Below are positions 36,645 to 46,129 of a DNA stretch of 48,671 nt, piece by piece. Within the stretch, counting starts at the first letter, position 1; every line of letters begins with the position of its first letter. Below the pieces are notes generated by a model. That model saw nothing but the letters and a program-made list of their open reading frames with translations. It had not been told where the DNA came from and did no database searches. The position numbers and the translations under genes were made by a program. The DNA lies in the NCBI GenBank assembly GCA_964397315.1, contig CAYNHV010000006.1, positions 1-48,671 on the forward strand, read 5' to 3'. This DNA is from an uncultured Methanosarcinales archaeon. Lineage in GTDB: Archaea; Nanobdellota; Nanobdellia; Woesearchaeales; UBA12501.

Positions 36645-37238
36645 TTGAGCTTAGTGACAGTAAAAAACGGGTGTGAGCTCTGCGGCAGCGACGTGAAGGG
36701 CAACAGAAGCATAAAATATTTATGCAGAAGATGCAATGTTCTCTATGATTTCAAGATGATAGGCATTTTCATAGGCAGGTTCCAGCCTTTTCACAACGGC
36801 CACATGAAGGTTGTGAAGAATGCCCTCAAGGATGTGAGGGCGATAACCATAGTTGTGGCAATACCCCTGAAAGAGACAGAAAAGGATCCCTTCTCTGCTG
36901 AGGAGAGGATGGGCATGATAAGAAGGGCTCTTGAAAAGGAGGGGATAATGAATTACGAGCTTGCCGCTGTCAGGGACATACCCTCTGATGATGAGTATGT
37001 TGAACATGTCAGGAGATTCACAAAGCCCTTTGATGTTGTTTTTGTCGGAGACAACAAGCTGAATGAGAGGCTCTTCAGGAAGGCTGGCTTCAGGGTGGTG
37101 ACATCCCAAAGATTCTACAATCTTGAGGCAACGCATGTCAGGGAGAGAATCAAGAGAGGAGAGAACTGGAAGGAGCTTGTTCCGGCAGGAGCTGCTGAGT
37201 ATATTGAGGAGAATAATCTTGTTGAGAGGGTGAAGTGA
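36645..37238 (+). CDS. nadM: Nicotinamide-nucleotide adenylyltransferase with N-terminal zinc ribbon
   Basis: FIGRFQPFHNGH, PFSAEER..MI, AT.VRERI..G..W..LVP; in-frame upstream CELCG...CRRC. Confidence 0.88.
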   Translation: MSLVTVKNGCELCGSDVKGNRSIKYLCRRCNVLYDFKMIGIFIGRFQPFHNGHMKVVKNALKDVRAITIVVAIPLKETEKDPFSAEERMGMIRRALEKEGIMNYELAAVRDIPSDDEYVEHVRRFTKPFDVVFVGDNKLNERLFRKAGFRVVTSQRFYNLEATHVRERIKRGENWKELVPAGAAEYIEENNLVERVK

Positions 37239-37256
37239 AAAAAGAACTGCGAGTCT

Positions 37257-38381
37257 TTAAATGCTCCCCTTTATCCTGTCAAAGAAGCTTTTCTTCGGGC
37301 TTTCCTTCTCAAACTCTTTAAGGATCTCTTTCTGCCTCTTTGAAAGTTTTTCAGGAACATCAATCACAACCCTCACCTTCTGGTCTCCCTTGCCGAAGCC
37401 TCTCAGGCTGGGAATGCCCTTGCCCTTGAGATTGAAAACAGTGTTTGACTGGGTGCTTGCAGGTACTTTCATTTCCGCCTTTCCGTCAAGTGTAGGCACC
37501 TTTACTGTGCCCCCAAGCGCGGCAGTCGCAAAGCTGACAGGCATGTCCATGAGAAGGTCATTGCCTTTTCTCTCAAAAATCTTGTGGGGCTTAACGTGAA
37601 TCCTCACAAAGAGATCTCCTGAAGGCCCTCCCTTAGGCCCTGCCTCTCCTTCTCCTGCAAGCCGCAGCTTGGTGCCTGTATCAACACCTGCAGGGATCTC
37701 AACACTGACTTTTTTTGTCTCTTCAACAAGTCCTGTGCCTCCGCACTTCCTGCATGGATCTTTTATTGTTGTTCCCTCACCATTGCACTTTCTGCATGTG
37801 CCTACTGTGGAGAACATGCCAAAAGGGGTCCTTCTCGTGTGCTTTACAGCCCCCCTGCCGCCGCACTCATCACATGTTATTATGTCAGAATCAGATTTCG
37901 CGCCCTTGCCGCCGCATTCACTGCACCTCACCATCTTCGGCACAGAGATTTGCTTCTCTGCTCCTTCAGCAGCATCCTTGAGGTCTATCTCAAGGTCGTA
38001 GACCAGATCAGAGCCCCTTCGCGGGCCCCTCCTTCTCCTGCTGCCTCCGCCGAACATGCCTCCGCCGAAAAAGTTCTCAAATATAGAGTCAAAGTCAAAG
38101 CCGAACCCCTCAGCTCCCCTCATGAAGTCAGAGAAGTCAAACCCTCCTGCTCCGCCCTGGAATCCTGAGTCAGCAGTGCCGAACTGGTCATACTGCTGCC
38201 TCTTCTGGTCATCGCCCAGAACAGAGGCTGCCTCGTTTATCTCCTTGAACTTGTCAGCAGCGTCCTTGCTCTTGTTAATGTCAGGGTGGTACTTCTTGGC
38301 CAGCCTCTTGTAGGCCTTCTTGATGTCCTCCTTTGAGGCATCCCTGCCCACTCCCAGTATCTCATAATAGTCCTTGGCCAT
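37257..38381 (-). CDS. dnaJ: Chaperone DnaJ
   Basis: J domain with HPD, G/F region, four CxxCxGxG repeats. Confidence 0.98.
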   Translation of the reverse strand: MAKDYYEILGVGRDASKEDIKKAYKRLAKKYHPDINKSKDAADKFKEINEAASVLGDDQKRQQYDQFGTADSGFQGGAGGFDFSDFMRGAEGFGFDFDSIFENFFGGGMFGGGSRRRRGPRRGSDLVYDLEIDLKDAAEGAEKQISVPKMVRCSECGGKGAKSDSDIITCDECGGRGAVKHTRRTPFGMFSTVGTCRKCNGEGTTIKDPCRKCGGTGLVEETKKVSVEIPAGVDTGTKLRLAGEGEAGPKGGPSGDLFVRIHVKPHKIFERKGNDLLMDMPVSFATAALGGTVKVPTLDGKAEMKVPASTQSNTVFNLKGKGIPSLRGFGKGDQKVRVVIDVPEKLSKRQKEILKEFEKESPKKSFFDRIKGSI

Positions 38382-38414
38382 TTCCTCTCTCCTTAGTTGT
38401 TGTTATGGTATGCG

Positions 38415-38576
38415 TTACAGGAGATCATCTCTCCCAATGTATTTTATCATGTTCCTGAAAAGATTTTCAGCAAAATCTTCACCAATGCCGGCTTCCTTTA
38501 CAGCGCTTCTGGCGTACTCCAGCATCTCATTCTCAAGCTGCCTGCAGGTGATTTTTAAACCTTTTCCTTTCTTCAT
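38415..38576 (-). pseudogene. 53-aa ORF resembling the C-terminal half of a type II (AroQ) chorismate mutase
   Basis: MKKGKGLKI...ENEML..A...GIGEDFAENLF..MI resembles AroQ helices 2-3; helix 1 is absent. Confidence 0.35.
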
Positions 38577-38591
38577 CCTGGCGTACTCCTG

Positions 38592-39152
38592 TCATTCCTC
38601 TTCATCAGCCCTTTCAACCCCCAGGTACTCGCCAAGCCTGTCAGGATCAAGGCCTATTACCCCAAATATCTCGTTCTCAAGCCCGTAATACATCGCCTCT
38701 ATTCTCTCTGTATCATCATCAACCTCATCAGCATACATCTCCCTGGCATAAGAGAATCTCTCGTCAAGCGAGACAAGCTTGTCCTCTGTGCACCTCTTGT
38801 CAGCGTAATTCACCACCTTCTCCTCCCAGGTGTCAAGGCCGGGATCCTCTATTGCCCTGAACACGTGCTTTCTTATGACATCGCCCACTGTCTTGTGGCC
38901 TTTCTCTGAGAGAATCTGCCTTGCCATCTCCCCATGCTCTCCGTTGCCCAATGTGGGAATCTTGTCAATGTCATGTAGAAGTGAAGCGCGGTCAACAAGC
39001 TCAATATCAATGTCAATGCCGTTCTGCCTGAGCTTGTCCGCGAGAAACACAGCTACCTTGTTCACAGCAAGGGAATGCTTCCTGACATTCTCAGGAACAT
39101 TGTGCTCTTCAAGCAGCTGAAGGCACTCATTGCGGGTTGGTAATGTTGTCAT
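38592..39152 (-). CDS. HD-domain (HDIG-type) phosphohydrolase
   Basis: KHS..V, LLHDIDK, HG, IRKH, YADKR; ATG 39152. Confidence 0.88.
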   Translation of the reverse strand: MTTLPTRNECLQLLEEHNVPENVRKHSLAVNKVAVFLADKLRQNGIDIDIELVDRASLLHDIDKIPTLGNGEHGEMARQILSEKGHKTVGDVIRKHVFRAIEDPGLDTWEEKVVNYADKRCTEDKLVSLDERFSYAREMYADEVDDDTERIEAMYYGLENEIFGVIGLDPDRLGEYLGVERADEEE

Positions 39153-39183
39153 TTTGAAAAATAGAAAAGCAAAACAAAAAAAA

Positions 39184-41139
39184 TCAACTCTTTTCCTTGC
39201 CTTCCTCACCTTTCTCTTCCTTGAAGTCAGCGTCCACTGTCTTGTCGTCATCCTTCTGCTGCCCGCCAGCCTGGCCTTCTTGCGCGCCTGCCTGTCCTGC
39301 TCCCTGCGCTCCGGACTGCTGCTGGGCTGCCTGCGCCTTCTGGTAGAGCTCTGTTCCCATCTTCTGCAGCTTCTGGTTTATCTCGTCTGTCTTCTTCTTT
39401 ATTGCGTCAGTGTCTTTCTTCTCAGGCTCAAGCAGCTTCTTCAGCTCTTCAATCTCCTTCTTCACTTCCTCAATCTCCTTTGAGTCAACCTTGCCCTCAA
39501 ACTCCTTGAGCATCTTGTCAGATGAGTTGACAAGGGTGTCTGCCTGGTTTATTGTCTCCACTTCCTCCTTTCTTCTCTTGTCCTCCTCTGCATGAGCTTC
39601 TGCTTCCTTCTTCATCTTCTCCACTTCATCCTCGCTGAGCTTCTGCGTTGCTGTTATCTGGATCTTCTGCTCCTTGCCTGTGCCCAGGTCCTTTGCAGAC
39701 ACATGGAGTATTCCGTTTGCGTCAATGTCAAACGTCACCTCAATCTGCGGCGTCCCTCTTGGCGCCGGAGGTATTCCCACAAGGTCAAATCTTCCAAGGC
39801 TCTTGTTGTCTGCAGCCATGGGCCTCTCTCCCTGAAGCACATGGATTGTCACAGCTGTCTGGTTGTCCTCTGCTGTTGAGAATATCTGCGTCTTCTTGGT
39901 GGGTATTGTGGTGTTCCTCTCTATGAGGGAGGTCCTCACTCCACCAAGGGTCTCTATTCCCAGAGTGAGGGGTGTCACGTCAAGCAGGAGTATGTCCTTG
40001 ACCTCTCCCGCAAGCACGCCTGCCTGTATTGCAGCTCCCTGTGCAACACATTCCATGGGATCTATGCCCCTCTCTGCCTTTTTTCCTATGAAGTCCTCCA
40101 CGAACTTCCTCACTGCAGGCATTCTGGTGGGCCCTCCGACAAGGATTATCCTGTCAACACTTCCCTTTTCAAGCTTTGCGTCCTTGAGGGCCTGCTCTAT
40201 CGGCCCCTTGCACTTCTGGATGACAGGCTCCACAAGCTGCTCAAGCTTTGACCTGTTTATCTTCATGTTGAGGTGCTTGGGCCCCTTGTCAGATGCTGTT
40301 ATGAACGGCAGGTTGATGTCTGTCTCCATTGTGGTGGAGAGCTCTATCTTTGCCTTCTCTGCAGCCTCTCTCAGCCTTTGGAGGGCTGTGTCATCCTCCC
40401 TAAGGTCTATGCCCTCCTGCTTCTTGAACTCCTCTGCTATGTGGTTGAGCAGGGCATCATCCATGTCGCTTCCGCCGAGGTTGGTGTCGCCTGAGGTTGA
40501 TTTCACCTCAAACACTCCATCTCCGAAGTCCATGACCGTAACGTCAAGAGTCCCCCCTCCAAAGTCAAACACGATTATCTTCTGCCCCTCTCCCTCCTTG
40601 TCAATGCCGTAAGCGAGGGATGCTGCAGTGGGCTCGTTTATTATCCTCACTACCTCAAGCCCGGCGATTGTTCCCGCGTCCTTGGTGGCCTGCCTCTGGT
40701 CGTCGTCAAAATAAGCCGGCACTGTTACAACCGCCTTCTTCACGGGCTCTCCCAGGAATTCCTCTGTGTCGCGCTTTATCTTCTGCAGCACATAGGCTGA
40801 TATCTGCTGAGGGGTATACTCCTTGCCGTGCACCTTGTACTTGAACTTGCTGCCCATCTTTCTCTTTGCAGCCATTATAGTCCCTTCAGGGTTTGAGACT
40901 GCCTGCCTTCTCGCGGGCTCTCCCACCAGCATCTGGCTGTCCTTGGTGAAAGCCACCACAGAGGGGAATGCCTTTCCGTAGAGGGAGGCTCCTTCTGCAG
41001 AGGGCACTATTATAGGCTTTCCTCCCTGCAGGACAGCAGCTGCTGAATTGCTTGTCCCAAGGTCTATGCCTATTATCTTCTCTTTTTTTGTACCTTTTGA
41101 TTGTGCTTCCTTTTTTTCTTCTTTCTTTTCTTCTGCCAT
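39184..41139 (-). CDS. dnaK: Chaperone DnaK (Hsp70)
   Basis: [37 protein letters not shown]. Confidence 0.99.
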   Translation of the reverse strand: MAEEKKEEKKEAQSKGTKKEKIIGIDLGTSNSAAAVLQGGKPIIVPSAEGASLYGKAFPSVVAFTKDSQMLVGEPARRQAVSNPEGTIMAAKRKMGSKFKYKVHGKEYTPQQISAYVLQKIKRDTEEFLGEPVKKAVVTVPAYFDDDQRQATKDAGTIAGLEVVRIINEPTAASLAYGIDKEGEGQKIIVFDFGGGTLDVTVMDFGDGVFEVKSTSGDTNLGGSDMDDALLNHIAEEFKKQEGIDLREDDTALQRLREAAEKAKIELSTTMETDINLPFITASDKGPKHLNMKINRSKLEQLVEPVIQKCKGPIEQALKDAKLEKGSVDRIILVGGPTRMPAVRKFVEDFIGKKAERGIDPMECVAQGAAIQAGVLAGEVKDILLLDVTPLTLGIETLGGVRTSLIERNTTIPTKKTQIFSTAEDNQTAVTIHVLQGERPMAADNKSLGRFDLVGIPPAPRGTPQIEVTFDIDANGILHVSAKDLGTGKEQKIQITATQKLSEDEVEKMKKEAEAHAEEDKRRKEEVETINQADTLVNSSDKMLKEFEGKVDSKEIEEVKKEIEELKKLLEPEKKDTDAIKKKTDEINQKLQKMGTELYQKAQAAQQQSGAQGAGQAGAQEGQAGGQQKDDDKTVDADFKEEKGEEGKEKS

Positions 41140-41169
41140 TTTTATCTACCTCCTGATTTCCTGTTGCAA

Positions 41170-41535
41170 TCATCCGAAATATGAGGGTGTTGTCTTTGTC
41201 TTCTTTGCCTCTGCCTTCTTGCCGTGCTTTTTTGCCTTCTGCTCGTGCTTCTTTATGGCCTTTGGCTTCTCTATCTTTCCGTATTCACTCTCGTAATCCT
41301 TGACCACTCTTGAGAAAAGCTCAAGCATCTTCTTCGCGTGGTAAGGGTCCACCATCACCACATTGTGCTCCATTCTCAGCACGAGGTTATCCTTGCTTCG
41401 GGGGTCCACCCTTGGAGTGACGTTCTTGAAGTCAAGGATGAAGCTTGACGGGTTGAAGTTTATGGAAACCTCATGGGCGAAAAAAGATTTTCCATCCTCT
41501 ATTGACATATTAACCTTCTTGTCTTCCTTTTCCAT
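41170..41535 (-). CDS. Conserved small protein, DUF3467-like
   Basis: FFA..V......F.LDF, V.M.P.HAK, YE..YGKI pattern; directly upstream of dnaK. Confidence 0.7.
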   Translation of the reverse strand: MEKEDKKVNMSIEDGKSFFAHEVSINFNPSSFILDFKNVTPRVDPRSKDNLVLRMEHNVVMVDPYHAKKMLELFSRVVKDYESEYGKIEKPKAIKKHEQKAKKHGKKAEAKKTKTTPSYFG

Positions 41536-42334
41536 TTTGCATTACCTCCGGACTCTCTTTTAGTATTTCCAGCAGCCGGTCATGGAATCTTCTGTTGGAG
41601 GCGACTATCCTGTCAAGGTCCAGGCTGGCGGGCTCTCCATTGTATCCTGTCACCTTGCCTCCTGCCTCGCTGACAATGAGGGCTCCTGCTGCGTAATCCC
41701 ACTGCTTGACAAACCTGAGTATTGTGGAGTCATACACTCCCTCTGCAACCATGCACAGGCTCATTGTGGCTGCGCCCTCAATCCGTATCTTGTTGAGGAG
41801 GCTTATGTAGCTGTCAAGCTGTTTCATCTGCTGCTCCTTTTCCCTGTGGAACGCGCAGCCGAAATTGCCGAGAGTGTCCTCCCCTGCATCCCTCTGCGAG
41901 ACTCTTATCATTTTGCCGTTCTTCTCTGCTCCTTTTCCTTTCTCGGCAGAGAACATCCAGTCAAGAGCGGGAAAGTATATGACTCCAAGCAAAGCCTCCA
42001 TGTTTCTCGCAAGGGCTATTGATATGCCGTAAGTGGGATGGCCGTGCATGTAATTCCTTGTGCCGTCTATGGGATCAACAACCCATAGGTATTCTGAGCC
42101 TTCCTCATTATTGCTATCCGCTGATTCCTCAGCGAGTATGCTGTGGCCTGGATATTTCTCCCTTATCCTTGACTTTATGAGCTTCTCAACCTCAAGGTCT
42201 GTCTCGCACACTGCCTGGTTGCGCTCATTGTCCTTGAACCTGCAGTCGTGCTTCTTCTGGAAGTTCTCCCTTGCTATCTTTCCGGCCTCCTTTGCAGTGT
42301 CAATCATGAATTGTTTTGTTTCGCTCAGGTTCAT
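41510..42334 (-). CDS. Inositol monophosphatase family protein
   Basis: TD..VE, LAEE, WVVDPIDGT.NY, WDYAAG.LIV.EAGG. Confidence 0.93.
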   Translation of the reverse strand: MNLSETKQFMIDTAKEAGKIARENFQKKHDCRFKDNERNQAVCETDLEVEKLIKSRIREKYPGHSILAEESADSNNEEGSEYLWVVDPIDGTRNYMHGHPTYGISIALARNMEALLGVIYFPALDWMFSAEKGKGAEKNGKMIRVSQRDAGEDTLGNFGCAFHREKEQQMKQLDSYISLLNKIRIEGAATMSLCMVAEGVYDSTILRFVKQWDYAAGALIVSEAGGKVTGYNGEPASLDLDRIVASNRRFHDRLLEILKESPEVMQNGKGRQEG

Positions 42335-42939
42335 TTTAGTTTACCTCTCAGTTTTTCCAGTTCCTCCCTGCCTATAGGTGCTCCATGACCTGGTATCACC
42401 CTGTCGGCAATGTCAATGATGCGGAGGGCGCTCTTCCTGCCTTCATCATTCAGCAGGCTGATGTATTCAGGAACAAGCGCATCCCCTGCTATGACCATTT
42501 TTTCACCGTCTGACTCCACAACAACTGAGCAGTGATCCTCTAAGTGCCCGGGTGTCTGGATTATCTTAACGCCGGGAACGCTTATATACTCAGGAGTCTT
42601 GTACACGTCAAGCGCGCCGTCCGGCTTCCAAACGCCTTTGCCTATGATCCTGACTGCATTCCTGAAAAGGTAATTGTTGTGGACATGGTCCTGATGCCTG
42701 TGGGTGTTTATCACAATGCTGATGTCATCAGGAGTGAGGCCTTCTCTCTTCAGCCCCTCAATGACCTCATCCTCAAAGCCGGCATTTCCTGTATCAACAA
42801 GTATGTTCTCCTCATTCTCGCTCTTTGCTTTCAGGAGCGCGACTGTTGAGCATATTGCGCTGATTTTGTTGAAGACATGCCCTTCTTCAGGATAATGATC
42901 CTCGTGCACTCCTTGCTTGATTATTCTTAACTGCATCAT
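42331..42939 (-). CDS. MBL-fold metallo-hydrolase
   Basis: LVDTG, THRHQDH, TPGH, AGDA, IPGHG. Confidence 0.9.
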   Translation of the reverse strand: MMQLRIIKQGVHEDHYPEEGHVFNKISAICSTVALLKAKSENEENILVDTGNAGFEDEVIEGLKREGLTPDDISIVINTHRHQDHVHNNYLFRNAVRIIGKGVWKPDGALDVYKTPEYISVPGVKIIQTPGHLEDHCSVVVESDGEKMVIAGDALVPEYISLLNDEGRKSALRIIDIADRVIPGHGAPIGREELEKLRGKLK

Positions 42940-43473
42940 TCACCTCATTATCTCGTACTCAAGTATCTTTCTCAGCTTTTCAGGATCCTTTATCAGCTCC
43001 CTGAGCTCTGCTCCGGGCACCGTCTTGCCTCCGCATCTCAGGTAGACTGCATACTGCCTTATTGACTCAGGGTCGTTCTCGTTAAGGTGGTAGTTGAGCA
43101 TGAACCACAGGTTCAGCTTTTCTCCGTGCTCTGTGCAGTTCCCTATCCTGCACTGTAATGGTTTTACGTCATTGATTGAGCACTTGTTGTCAGGTGTCAA
43201 AAAAACGCACCTTCCATATGGCTTTCCCTCCTCTTTTATCAGCCTCGGCTTCAGGAGTGTTGTGTTGAACTTCTCCTCGCTGACAAGGTATCTTTTTTTC
43301 AGCTCTTCCTCTGTCATGCCGAGCTTCTCGGCAATCCTCTTCAGGTCCCCCCTTGCCAGGGCTCCTGAGCCGTGCCTGCAGCAGTGCCCGCACTCACTGC
43401 AGGTCTTTCCCAGCTTCAGGATTTCTGATAGAGGTGTGTCTTTGGTGATTCTACTTTGCTTCCTGACTGCCAT
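42940..43473 (-). CDS. YkgJ-family cysteine-cluster (CxxCxxCC) protein
   Basis: CSECGHCC, CVFL, CSI...KP..C. Confidence 0.88.
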   Translation of the reverse strand: MAVRKQSRITKDTPLSEILKLGKTCSECGHCCRHGSGALARGDLKRIAEKLGMTEEELKKRYLVSEEKFNTTLLKPRLIKEEGKPYGRCVFLTPDNKCSINDVKPLQCRIGNCTEHGEKLNLWFMLNYHLNENDPESIRQYAVYLRCGGKTVPGAELRELIKDPEKLRKILEYEIMR

Positions 43474-43987
43474 TGTTTTTGGCCACCTTCACTTTTGAGT
43501 ATCTCAGCACCTTATCATCCAGCATGTACCCCCTCTGGAGCTCTTCAAGTATGGTTCCATCCTCCTTTTCTGACTTTTCTGTCATCAGCACCTCATGGAA
43601 GCTGGGGTCTGCCTTTTTTCCCTCTGCGCTTATCCTTGCAACGCCTTCTTTCTGGAGCAGGGATATCATCTCAGCATAGACCATCTCAATTCCCTTTACA
43701 AAGTGCCCGCCCTTGTCCTTGTTCTTGAGGGCAATCTCAAAGTTATCAATTACAGGAAGCAGTTTCTCTATTATTCCCGCTTTTGCGTACTTCCTGAACT
43801 CCTCTTTTTCCTTGTCAGCCCTTTTCTTGTAGTTCTCAAACTCTGCCTGCAGTCTCTGGAGGGTTTCTGTCAGATCCTTCTCTCTTTGCTCAAGCTCCCT
43901 TATCCTCTGCAGGTATTCATCTTCCCTGCTCTGCTTTCCTTTGCTTTCTTCTGCGCTTTTTCTCGCGTCCTTTTTCTTTTCTGACAT
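43451..43987 (-). CDS. grpE: Nucleotide exchange factor GrpE
   Basis: RLQAEFENYKKR, LLPVIDN, DP..HE, GY.L...VLR...V.V. Confidence 0.96.
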   Translation of the reverse strand: MSEKKKDARKSAEESKGKQSREDEYLQRIRELEQREKDLTETLQRLQAEFENYKKRADKEKEEFRKYAKAGIIEKLLPVIDNFEIALKNKDKGGHFVKGIEMVYAEMISLLQKEGVARISAEGKKADPSFHEVLMTEKSEKEDGTILEELQRGYMLDDKVLRYSKVKVAKNNGSQEAK

Positions 43988-44021
43988 GGCCGCACCCCTC
44001 GCTGAAAAAATAAGGGATTAA

Positions 44022-44486
44022 TCATCCCTTGATCTCAATCTTCTTTTTCTTCTCCCTGCCCTTCTTAACCTTCGGAGCCTCCACTTTCAGGATTCCGTTC
44101 TTGTACTCCGCTTTTGCCTTGTCTGAGTCAACCTCTGAGGGGAATGTAAAGCTCCTGTAGAAGCTTCTTGATGCTGCTGCATAGCTGTAAGCCCCTTTCT
44201 TCTTCACTTCCTTCTTGTCCTCTTTCTTCACCTTGATTTCCATGCCTGTGTCTGTCACATTAAGGTCAATGTCCTTCTTCTCAACTCCAGGCAGCTCTAC
44301 TGAAGCCACAACAGAATTCTCTGTCTCGTAAACGTTTGTCACCGGAGACCTGTATGTTTGAAGCTCTTTTCCCCTGCCTTTTCCTTTCTGCTCAAGCAGG
44401 TTACTTCTCTGGCCGAAGAACTCAGAGAACATCCTGTCCATCTCCTCCTGCATCCTCCTCATCTCGTCAAACATGTCCCACACCAT
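44022..44486 (-). CDS. Small heat-shock protein (Hsp20)
   Basis: ELPGV.K.DI, F.RSF..P..V, A.YKNGIL.V; ATG 44486 after GGAGGTGA. Confidence 0.95.
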   Translation of the reverse strand: MVWDMFDEMRRMQEEMDRMFSEFFGQRSNLLEQKGKGRGKELQTYRSPVTNVYETENSVVASVELPGVEKKDIDLNVTDTGMEIKVKKEDKKEVKKKGAYSYAAASRSFYRSFTFPSEVDSDKAKAEYKNGILKVEAPKVKKGREKKKKIEIKG

Positions 44487-44537
44487 CTTGCTCACCTCCT
44501 GTTTTATATTAGATTTATATATAAAACAAGGGTTTTT

Positions 44538-44554
44538 GTTGACTTTAAATCAAC
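44538..44554. promoter_or_regulatory. Putative operator GTTGA-N7-TCAAC at the hsp20 operon promoter
   Basis: Palindrome about 25 nt downstream of minus-strand TTTAAATA (44580-44587); 16/17 identical to 45691-45707. Confidence 0.65.
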
Positions 44555-44602
44555 TAAAACAATGATATATCAACGGTAATATTTAAAGTTTTCGGAAAAA
44601 CG

Positions 44603-45672
44603 GGGTTTGCACGAAAACAAGCAGCATCTGATTCATATATGAAAATAATTAAGAAGCTGGGTTTCTAAAGTCAGGATAATCCAATTTCAGCTCAAAAAGT
44701 GCCCTAACCAGCATTGATATGTTATGGCACATCACTTTGCAGAGAAGCTCATTCTCCTGGGCGATCTCGTTCTTGTTCCTGAGAAAGCCGGAGAACTTGC
44801 CTTTCAATGAGCCAAAGGTTGACTCTACGTTTGAGCGCTTGTGATAATGCTCCCTGAACTTTGGCTCGTTTTTCTTCCAGAAGTAAATCATCTTGTTCCA
44901 TGCAGGATACCCTTTTGACAGGCCAGTCACGTTGTCTTTCGGCATTATGTAAGGGTCAATCCCAAGGTCTGCTGTAGTTTGGCAACTCTTTCTCGAAAGG
45001 TATGCCTTGTCTGCGGCAACCTCCTTCATGTTGAACACTTTGGCACACTCCTTCATGAGGTTATCATAACAGCGTACATCATGAGTACTTCCTTTCGTTA
45101 TCCTGGCTTCTGTGATCACATTAGTAATGTATCCTGAGATTATGTGTAATTTCTTGAAATCTTTAACTAGCCGATTGTCAAATCTATAGTCCACCTTGCC
45201 AGAAACCTTATCTTTCTTTTGGTACACGCTTTGCCTCCATATTTTCTGGCTGTTGGTGCTGAATCCAGTGGCATCAATAGCGAAACAAGTTTCAATATCA
45301 ACGAATAAGGCGGCTATCTTCTTATAGGCTTTAGTCAAATGCCTGGGCATCTCCGGATTGTTGAAGTAATCGATGACAGAATTCCAGCTCGGTCTGGTTC
45401 CGATGATGCCCATGTAGTGGGCCAGCAGTATGTCCATATTAGATCTTCTCGTGGAAAAATCGTTGTAGACTTTTATGCAGCAGCACTTTATCATGTCCCT
45501 CATCGGATGGGGCTTTCTTCCTGTTCCCCTGTATCTCTCCCTTATGTTCAGGGAATCCACGACATCGTTGAGTATCCTCAAGAAAGTTACCTGCTCTTCA
45601 GTCTGGTAGGCGTTGTACAGATTCCAGTTCCTGTCATGGTTCTTCTTTTTCCTGGGAGGGGCCACCAAACCC
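44603..45672 (-). mobile_element. IS5-like insertion sequence (boundaries tentative)
   Basis: Contains a DDE transposase; only a 7-bp IR GGGTTTG/CAAACCC seen; no convincing target duplication. Confidence 0.5.
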
Positions 45673-45674
45673 AA
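44649..45674 (-). CDS. DDE transposase (IS5/IS4-like)
   Basis: AIDATGF, KKLH, ADKAY, YHKRSNVESTF (Y-2-R-3-E signature); start codon uncertain. Confidence 0.88.
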   Translation of the reverse strand: MGLVAPPRKKKNHDRNWNLYNAYQTEEQVTFLRILNDVVDSLNIRERYRGTGRKPHPMRDMIKCCCIKVYNDFSTRRSNMDILLAHYMGIIGTRPSWNSVIDYFNNPEMPRHLTKAYKKIAALFVDIETCFAIDATGFSTNSQKIWRQSVYQKKDKVSGKVDYRFDNRLVKDFKKLHIISGYITNVITEARITKGSTHDVRCYDNLMKECAKVFNMKEVAADKAYLSRKSCQTTADLGIDPYIMPKDNVTGLSKGYPAWNKMIYFWKKNEPKFREHYHKRSNVESTFGSLKGKFSGFLRNKNEIAQENELLCKVMCHNISMLVRALFELKLDYPDFRNPAS

Positions 45675-45690
45675 AATTATTTAAATCATT

Positions 45691-45707
45691 GTTGACTTTA
45701 ATTCAAC
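45691..45707. promoter_or_regulatory. Putative operator GTTGA-N7-TCAAC at the HTH regulator promoter
   Basis: Lies between TTTAAAT (45680-45686) and ATG 45719. Confidence 0.65.
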
Positions 45708-45718
45708 CAGAAGCTAAA

Positions 45719-46129
45719 ATGGCCAGTATAAGGCATCACAAGGTGACTATAATAAGGTACAGGAGGCCTGCCAAGAAGGACCTAAATGATGAGCTGCAGT
45801 TCTTTGGCAACAGCCTCGGGCTTTTTGGTGACAGGGACAAGGACAGGTCATGCTTCAGGGTTTTCATAGAGCTTCTAAAGGCAACAAGAGTTAACAACGG
45901 CATGTCCTCAGACGAGCTTGCTGCAAGGACAGGCCTCAGCAGGGGCACTGTTGTTTACCATCTAAAGAGGCTGATGGACTCAGGCCTTGTGATATACGAG
46001 GAGGGAAAGTATTTTCTCAGGGCAGGAAACCTCCAGGCTGTCATGGAAGAGATTCAGAAGGATGTCAACAGGACAATGGATGACCTGACAAGGATAGCAG
46101 GGGAGATTGACGAGGGGCTTGGGCTCTAG
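45719..46129 (+). CDS. Winged-helix (ArsR-like) transcriptional regulator
   Basis: MSSDELAARTGLSRGTVVYHLKRLMDSGLV HTH plus C-terminal coiled helix. Confidence 0.88.
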   Translation: MASIRHHKVTIIRYRRPAKKDLNDELQFFGNSLGLFGDRDKDRSCFRVFIELLKATRVNNGMSSDELAARTGLSRGTVVYHLKRLMDSGLVIYEEGKYFLRAGNLQAVMEEIQKDVNRTMDDLTRIAGEIDEGLGL

